From the NCBI GenBank assembly GCA_037441385.1, contig JBBISH010000003.1:102045-166044 (forward strand): a stretch of 64,000 nt of DNA. Direction: 5' to 3'. This document shows, one piece after another, positions 58,759-64,000 of the stretch (position 1 is its first letter; each line of letters opens with the position of its first letter). The notes beneath the pieces are model-generated. The model was not told where the DNA came from. It was given only the letters and a program-made list of their open reading frames with translations, and made no database searches. Both the position numbers and the translations under genes were made by a program. The DNA comes from Myxococcales bacterium. GTDB lineage: Bacteria; Myxococcota_A; UBA9042.

Positions 58759-59856
58759 ATGCACCTTCGCCTTCTGCTCGCGATCCTACTTATTACATTG
58801 GGCTGCCGCCGCACGGCCGCCCCAACTCCGCCCGCCCCAGGCCCGAGCGCGGCGCCTGCGCAGCCCGCAATGGCGGTTGATCTTTTTGCCGAGGCCACCG
58901 TCGCAGGGCGTCCACCGCCGGGGGCTCCACCGCTCGCGGCGGCGATCGCGGCGATCGCGGTCGAGGCGCGCAAACCGGCCTTGGGCGATCTGGCCAAGCT
59001 GGCGACCCCAGCTTCCGTGGCGCGGCTGGCCGATCGCACGGGCCAGGCCGCGGCGCCCCCCGGGCGACTGCCTTTGACCTCGGGCGGCGTACTGTCGCGT
59101 TTCGACGGCCAAATCCAGCAGGTCGAGTACCTGGGCGGTCGCGCGGTGGTAGTGGCGCAGGCGGCGGGGGCGCAGCCGCAAACCTCGTGGTTCTATTACC
59201 GGGACGGCCGTTGGCTGCTGGATCTGGCCGACGCTAGGGCGCTGCGCCCGGCTTGGGACGGGCCGTCAAGCCCCGATAATCACCCGGTTTCGCTGGCCGA
59301 GGCCTGGACGCCTTCGGGCGATCCCAGCCAGCCGCTGGTCGCCACTTTCCACAGCACGCAAGGCCAGGTCCGCTGCCTTTTGCACGAAAGCCAGATGCCC
59401 GAGGTGGTGGCGCACTTTGTGGGCCTGGCGACGGGCGCGCGGGCGTCGCGGCGGGCCGAAGCGCGCACGATGGAGAATACTTGGGAGCACAAGCGGTTCT
59501 ACGACGGCACCGCCATCTTTCGGGCCCTGCCCGGCCGGCGCATCGAGGCGGGCGACCCGTTTGACCTGGGCACCGGCCACGCGGGGTTCCGCCTGCCCGA
59601 CCACTTTGACCTGAATCTGCGCCACGCGACGCCGGGCGTCCTGGGCCTGCTCCCTCTGGGCCCGCATGCGACCAGCTCGATCTTCTACATCACCCTGCAG
59701 CCCGAGCCGGATTTCGACGACCGCGCCGTCATCTTTGGCCTGTGCCGCGACTTGGAGGTGGTGGACCGCTGGAGTCGCCAGCCCAAAGGCAGCGTGCGTA
59801 TCCAAAGTGTAGAGTTCTCGCGCGGTTGGCCTGGCGACGCCCCAGCGCCGCATTGA
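58759..59856 (+). CDS. lipoprotein with C-terminal cyclophilin-like domain
   Basis: Lipobox LGC; PEVVAHFVGLATG, FYDG, GDP, LRH..PGVL, FYIT, IFG. Confidence 0.8.
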   Translation: MHLRLLLAILLITLGCRRTAAPTPPAPGPSAAPAQPAMAVDLFAEATVAGRPPPGAPPLAAAIAAIAVEARKPALGDLAKLATPASVARLADRTGQAAAPPGRLPLTSGGVLSRFDGQIQQVEYLGGRAVVVAQAAGAQPQTSWFYYRDGRWLLDLADARALRPAWDGPSSPDNHPVSLAEAWTPSGDPSQPLVATFHSTQGQVRCLLHESQMPEVVAHFVGLATGARASRRAEARTMENTWEHKRFYDGTAIFRALPGRRIEAGDPFDLGTGHAGFRLPDHFDLNLRHATPGVLGLLPLGPHATSSIFYITLQPEPDFDDRAVIFGLCRDLEVVDRWSRQPKGSVRIQSVEFSRGWPGDAPAPH

Positions 59857-59887
59857 CGTTCGGGCCCAGGTTGGCAACACTGCGGGC

Positions 59888-60778
59888 ATGGCATCGCACC
59901 CCATCGTTCACGGGCTCTCGGTCGATGTGGAGGACTGGTTCCACATCCTGGACTGCGAGGGCAGCCCCGATCCGGGCCACTGGTCCGCGCAACCGTCGCG
60001 GGTCGAACAGAACACGCGAATCTTGCTCGACGTTTTTGACCGTCACCGCGTCAAGGCGACTTTTTTTTGCCTGGGCTGGGTGGCCGAGCATTTCCCAAGC
60101 GTCCCGCAAGAGATTGTCCGCCGCGGCCACGAGTTGGGCTCGCACGGCCACATGCACACGCTGGTGGGCCCCCTGGGCCGCAACGGCTTTGCGCGCGACC
60201 TGGACGACTCGCTCACCGCGCTGCAGCGAGCAACGGGGACAGAGGTCAAGTGCTTCCGCGCTCCGGGCTTTTCGGTGACCCGCGCTGAGGTGCCCTGGGT
60301 CGTGCCGGTGCTGGTGTCGCGCGGGATCGACCTGGACTCGTCGCTGTTCTTGACCGAGCGGGCCCACGGCGGCTTGCCGCTCGACCGCCGCGGGCCGTTT
60401 GTGGTGCGCACGCCTCAGGGTCAGGAGCTGTTGGAAGTTCCTGTCGTTCCAAGGCATTTCGGTCGGCGCGAGTTGGCCTTCTCGGGCGGTGGTTACCTGC
60501 GCCTGCTGCCGTTGCCTGTGCTGCGCGCCAGCTTTGCCGAGGTGGAGCGCGCGGGCCACGGGGCGGTGTGTTACCTGCATCCTCGCGAGATCGATGCGGA
60601 TCAGCCGCGCATGAAGCTGCCGCCGCAGCGCGCCTTCAAGTACTACGTCGGCCTGGCCGGGGTCGTGGCCAAGCTGGACGCGCTGCTGCAGCAATTCCAC
60701 TTTGGCACGCTCCGGCAGATGGCCGCGCGCAATCCCCACGACGCCATGATTTCGCTCCAGGATCTGGCGCGAGCTTGA
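59888..60778 (+). CDS. polysaccharide deacetylase (DUF3473/XrtA-associated type)
   Basis: SVDVEDWF, ATFF, GHELGSHGHMH, FRAP, GGGYLR, YLHPREID. Confidence 0.9.
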   Translation: MASHPIVHGLSVDVEDWFHILDCEGSPDPGHWSAQPSRVEQNTRILLDVFDRHRVKATFFCLGWVAEHFPSVPQEIVRRGHELGSHGHMHTLVGPLGRNGFARDLDDSLTALQRATGTEVKCFRAPGFSVTRAEVPWVVPVLVSRGIDLDSSLFLTERAHGGLPLDRRGPFVVRTPQGQELLEVPVVPRHFGRRELAFSGGGYLRLLPLPVLRASFAEVERAGHGAVCYLHPREIDADQPRMKLPPQRAFKYYVGLAGVVAKLDALLQQFHFGTLRQMAARNPHDAMISLQDLARA

Positions 60779-60869
60779 TCCAGCCGGCGCCGGCGGTTGC
60801 GCACAGCGCCCGCGGTTTCTAGCATGCTGGCAGGGCCGCAGCGCGACCCCAAACGCAGGAGGCACTTCG

Positions 60870-62042
60870 ATGTTCAGCACTTTGCAGCCCATGTGGCGCG
60901 CATGCGTGTGTTCGCTGGCTCTTGTCGCAACGGCGGTTGCTCAACCCGCTGCGGCTGCTCCGTTTTCTGGCGCGAATCAGTTCGTGGGCAAGTCGGTGGT
61001 CCCGGACGGATCGTCCGAGCACTTCTTTGCCGGAGCCCACTTCCAGGTCGCGCCGGTCAAGGCGGTCATCCAGTCGGTCGTCAAGAAAAAGGTCAACGAA
61101 TACGCAGCAAAGGACCCTGCCGCTGCCCAGATGGTCCAGTACATGCAGTACGTGGACGCCAAGCAGGTCAAGCAGTTCGCCGATAGCGGCCAGGTCGAGG
61201 CCTACAAGGCTGAACTGAAAAAGCAATTGGCCGCCAATGGCCAGACCCTGACGCCCGAGCAGACGGCGCAGATCGACGCCATCGATTCGAACAAGCTGAA
61301 ATTACTTGCAACAATGGTGCAGATGTACCAAGATCCCGAGCCAACGACCACCTTTTCTTTGGAACCCTACGCCGGCTTCATTGCCGGGCCGGTGATGGTC
61401 ACGGCGCAAGTGCCGATCGCCGGCTTCCACACCTCGAGCAAGACCACGATGGTGCTGGGCAATCCGGGTCTGGACGTCAAGCTGGGTCAGCGCTTTGGCA
61501 ATCAGGGCTTGGCCTTTGCCTACACGGTGGGCGGGTCGGGCTGGGCGCCGCTGGGCAGCGAGGATTCCAGCACGATCGTGCTGTCGAATGTGCTGGCGAC
61601 GCCGCGGTATATGCACGACTACGCCTCGTGGACGGGCTACGTCATCCTGGCGGCCGAGCTGGCGGTGTTCGACATCCAGCTGCGCGGCGAGTATGTCGAA
61701 ATGCGCCCCGTGTCCAGCTTGAACGACGATGCGAATCCGCTCAATGACTTGCGCCTGATGCGCTACGTCAACGGCGGTGCGTCGGTCTCGGCCGACTTGG
61801 GCCTAGTGGGGCTGTCGCTGGCGCTGGACGGGCTGTTCAACGTCAAGAACGCCAAGGCATACAACAACACGTTCCTCATTACCGCGGGCGCGCGGCTGTT
61901 CCTGAAGAAGGCGCAAATTGGCGCGGCCATTCAGGCCCCTATCGCCAAGCCGGGCGATGGCGACGCCGTGCCGGTCGGCGGTCTGAACTTGGGCTCGCCG
62001 GCAAGCTTCAACGTCTTGCTGAACGCGCAGCTGAATCTGTAA
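60870..62042 (+). CDS. secreted protein, probable outer-membrane beta-barrel with helical insertion
   Basis: AGGAGG RBS; signal peptide; amphipathic strands ending NAQLNL. Confidence 0.65.
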   Translation: MFSTLQPMWRACVCSLALVATAVAQPAAAAPFSGANQFVGKSVVPDGSSEHFFAGAHFQVAPVKAVIQSVVKKKVNEYAAKDPAAAQMVQYMQYVDAKQVKQFADSGQVEAYKAELKKQLAANGQTLTPEQTAQIDAIDSNKLKLLATMVQMYQDPEPTTTFSLEPYAGFIAGPVMVTAQVPIAGFHTSSKTTMVLGNPGLDVKLGQRFGNQGLAFAYTVGGSGWAPLGSEDSSTIVLSNVLATPRYMHDYASWTGYVILAAELAVFDIQLRGEYVEMRPVSSLNDDANPLNDLRLMRYVNGGASVSADLGLVGLSLALDGLFNVKNAKAYNNTFLITAGARLFLKKAQIGAAIQAPIAKPGDGDAVPVGGLNLGSPASFNVLLNAQLNL

Positions 62043-62078
62043 GGAACCTGTCGATACACACCCAAACTAGCTGGAACT

Positions 62079-63398
62079 ATGAGCAACACCAATCCGGCGC
62101 GCGCCGTGGTGGCCGACGCGTGCGGCCGCATCTTCGATCACCCCGAGCTGCTGATGCTGGCGTGGGACGGCGCCGTTTGGCGTCAGCCGCGGCCCGAGGA
62201 GCTGATCACGCTGCCCAAGGGGTCGGATCTGTTCGTCTTACCGGGCCGGGTGCCCTACGCCGTCGACGGTGAAACCGACGAACCAGTCGAGGTCGTGGGC
62301 GACGAAGACACCGGCCAACTGCAGGCCGTGGCTGCGTTTGTTGCACCGGCCTATGCGCGGCTGCTCCACCCCGCCTACGACACGCCGGCCGGAGCCCCGG
62401 ACTTGACCTTGTACGCCTACACCGCGGTGGGGTGGCGCGATGGCCGCTTTGTCGTGCCGGCTGTGCGTGTCGATGCCGACCAGCGCCAGGATCCCTACCG
62501 CTTCGACATCGCCGAAGTCGAGGCGGGCGTGCGCAAGATCCGCAGTGAACATCCGCAGAACAAGGCCCTGGAGCACATCGAGCATTGCGCCCTGGTCTAC
62601 CACTGCCGGGCGGCGCAGAACTTCTATTTGGGCCGGTGGGAAGCGCCCATGCCGGCCGCGAGCACCTGCAACGCCGCGTGCATCGGCTGCATTTCGGACC
62701 AGAGCGGCTCGACGTTCGCGGCCAATCACGAGCGGATCGCCATCCCGTCGCACGCCGCCGACTTGGTCGAGTTGGCCTGCCTGCACCTAGAGCGAGTGCC
62801 CAATGGCGTAGTCAGCTTTGGCCAGGGCTGCGAGGGCGAGCCCCTGATGCAGTGGAAGGCGCTGCTCGACACCGTCGTGGGCATTCGCCAACGGACCGGC
62901 GCGGGGGTGATCAACCTGAACAGCAACGCCTCGTTGCCGGACAAGGTGGCCAAGTTGGCCGAAGTGGGGCTGGATTCCATCCGCATCTCGATGAATTCCG
63001 CACAGCCAGCCCTGTATCGGGCGTACTACAAACCGCGCGGCTACGATTTTGACGACGTGCTGCAAAGCGCGCGCGAGATGCACCGGCGAGGCAAGTACGT
63101 TTCGGTAAATTACTTTGTATTTCCAGGCGTTTCGGACTCACCCGCCGAGATCGACGCGCTGTCGAACTTCATCCAGGCCGGGGGCGTTGACCTGGTGCAA
63201 CTGCGCAATCTGAATATTGATCCCGAGCTGTACTTGCGAGCCCTGCCGGAGAGCGCGGTCCGCGAGCCGATCGGCGTGTTGGCCATGATCGCGGAATTGC
63301 GGCGCCGTTTCCCCCGCTTGCGGTTCGGCTACTTCAACCCGGCCAAGACCAAGTTCGGCCGCCCCGGACCGACGCCGGGCGTCAGCACAACCCACTGA
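62079..63398 (+). CDS. radical SAM protein
   Basis: CNAACIGC (CxxxCxxC), GQGCEGEP. Confidence 0.88.
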   Translation: MSNTNPARAVVADACGRIFDHPELLMLAWDGAVWRQPRPEELITLPKGSDLFVLPGRVPYAVDGETDEPVEVVGDEDTGQLQAVAAFVAPAYARLLHPAYDTPAGAPDLTLYAYTAVGWRDGRFVVPAVRVDADQRQDPYRFDIAEVEAGVRKIRSEHPQNKALEHIEHCALVYHCRAAQNFYLGRWEAPMPAASTCNAACIGCISDQSGSTFAANHERIAIPSHAADLVELACLHLERVPNGVVSFGQGCEGEPLMQWKALLDTVVGIRQRTGAGVINLNSNASLPDKVAKLAEVGLDSIRISMNSAQPALYRAYYKPRGYDFDDVLQSAREMHRRGKYVSVNYFVFPGVSDSPAEIDALSNFIQAGGVDLVQLRNLNIDPELYLRALPESAVREPIGVLAMIAELRRRFPRLRFGYFNPAKTKFGRPGPTPGVSTTH

Positions 63399-63556
63399 AC
63401 ATAGAACGGTTATCCGGCCCACTTGCGCCGCCGCCGCGACCTCGCCAGAATCGCGTCCGCAGCCGCTGAACCGCCCGTGCGCCCGTGCCGCCGCCGTGGT
63501 TCCTGCGGAGTGCCAGCGCGAGGCTGAACCGCAGCATCGACCCAGGAGGACGCCCG

Positions 63557-64000
63557 ATGGCCCGCATCTACTTCTACAGCGACGAGGGCGAGCTCCTTGA
63601 CGTCGAAGTCGGCCCGAACTACCCCGAGATCAGCATCGGTCGCCAGGCAACCTGCGAAATTCGCTCGGCCGGGCAGAGTGTTTCGCGACGGCACGCGCGA
63701 GTGTATTTCGACCAGGGCCAATACATCCTGCAGGACTTGAACTCGTCGAACGGCACCTTCTATGCCGGCGAGCGTCTGCCGCCCGGCGACTCCACGGTGC
63801 TGGAAGACGACGCTTTGTTCGCTTGCGGCCAGTTCGAGCTGCGTCTGGCGTACGATGACGCCGACCTGCTCATGGCCGAACAGGGCTGGGAGGCGCCCGC
63901 CGCCGCGATTCCGCCGCCGCCGCCGCAGGGCTGGGTCGACGCTGTGTCGTCCATCCCGCCGCCGCCTTCGCCGCCGCCTGGGGTGATGGTGCCTCCTCCG
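63557..64000 (+). CDS. FHA-domain protein, runs off window
   Basis: AGGAGG RBS; manual translation ISIGR...SVSRRHA...DLNSSNGTF, then a Pro-rich linker. Confidence 0.9.
   Translation, partial: MARIYFYSDEGELLDVEVGPNYPEISIGRQATCEIRSAGQSVSRRHARVYFDQGQYILQDLNSSNGTFYAGERLPPGDSTVLEDDALFACGQFELRLAYDDADLLMAEQGWEAPAAAIPPPPPQGWVDAVSSIPPPPSPPPGVMVPPP

Overview
High-GC bacterial chromosomal segment. The many Cys/Asp-rich lipoproteins, TonB-fused receptor, FHA and cNMP proteins suggest a Myxococcota/Deltaproteobacteria-type organism (inference). Housekeeping genes (glgP, folC, dut, galE, slyD, cobA/split cysG, mlaE, frameshifted prfB, tRNA-Lys/tRNA-Glu, lepA, hisD) are mixed with many secreted or surface proteins. 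Highlights: (1) an apparent fusion of a TAXI-type solute-binding domain to a complete prokaryotic pentameric ligand-gated ion channel (49382-51187), coupled to a secreted prolyl oligopeptidase gene; (2) a ~135-bp structured, non-coding dispersed element in 4 copies, three flanked by copy-specific direct repeats and one apparently inserted between an RBS and its start codon; (3) a separate MITE-like element; (4) several giant Cys-rich repeat lipoproteins and exported deaminase-fold enzymes. No CRISPR array, rRNA, transposase or prophage was seen. All family calls come from motif reading, not database searches.
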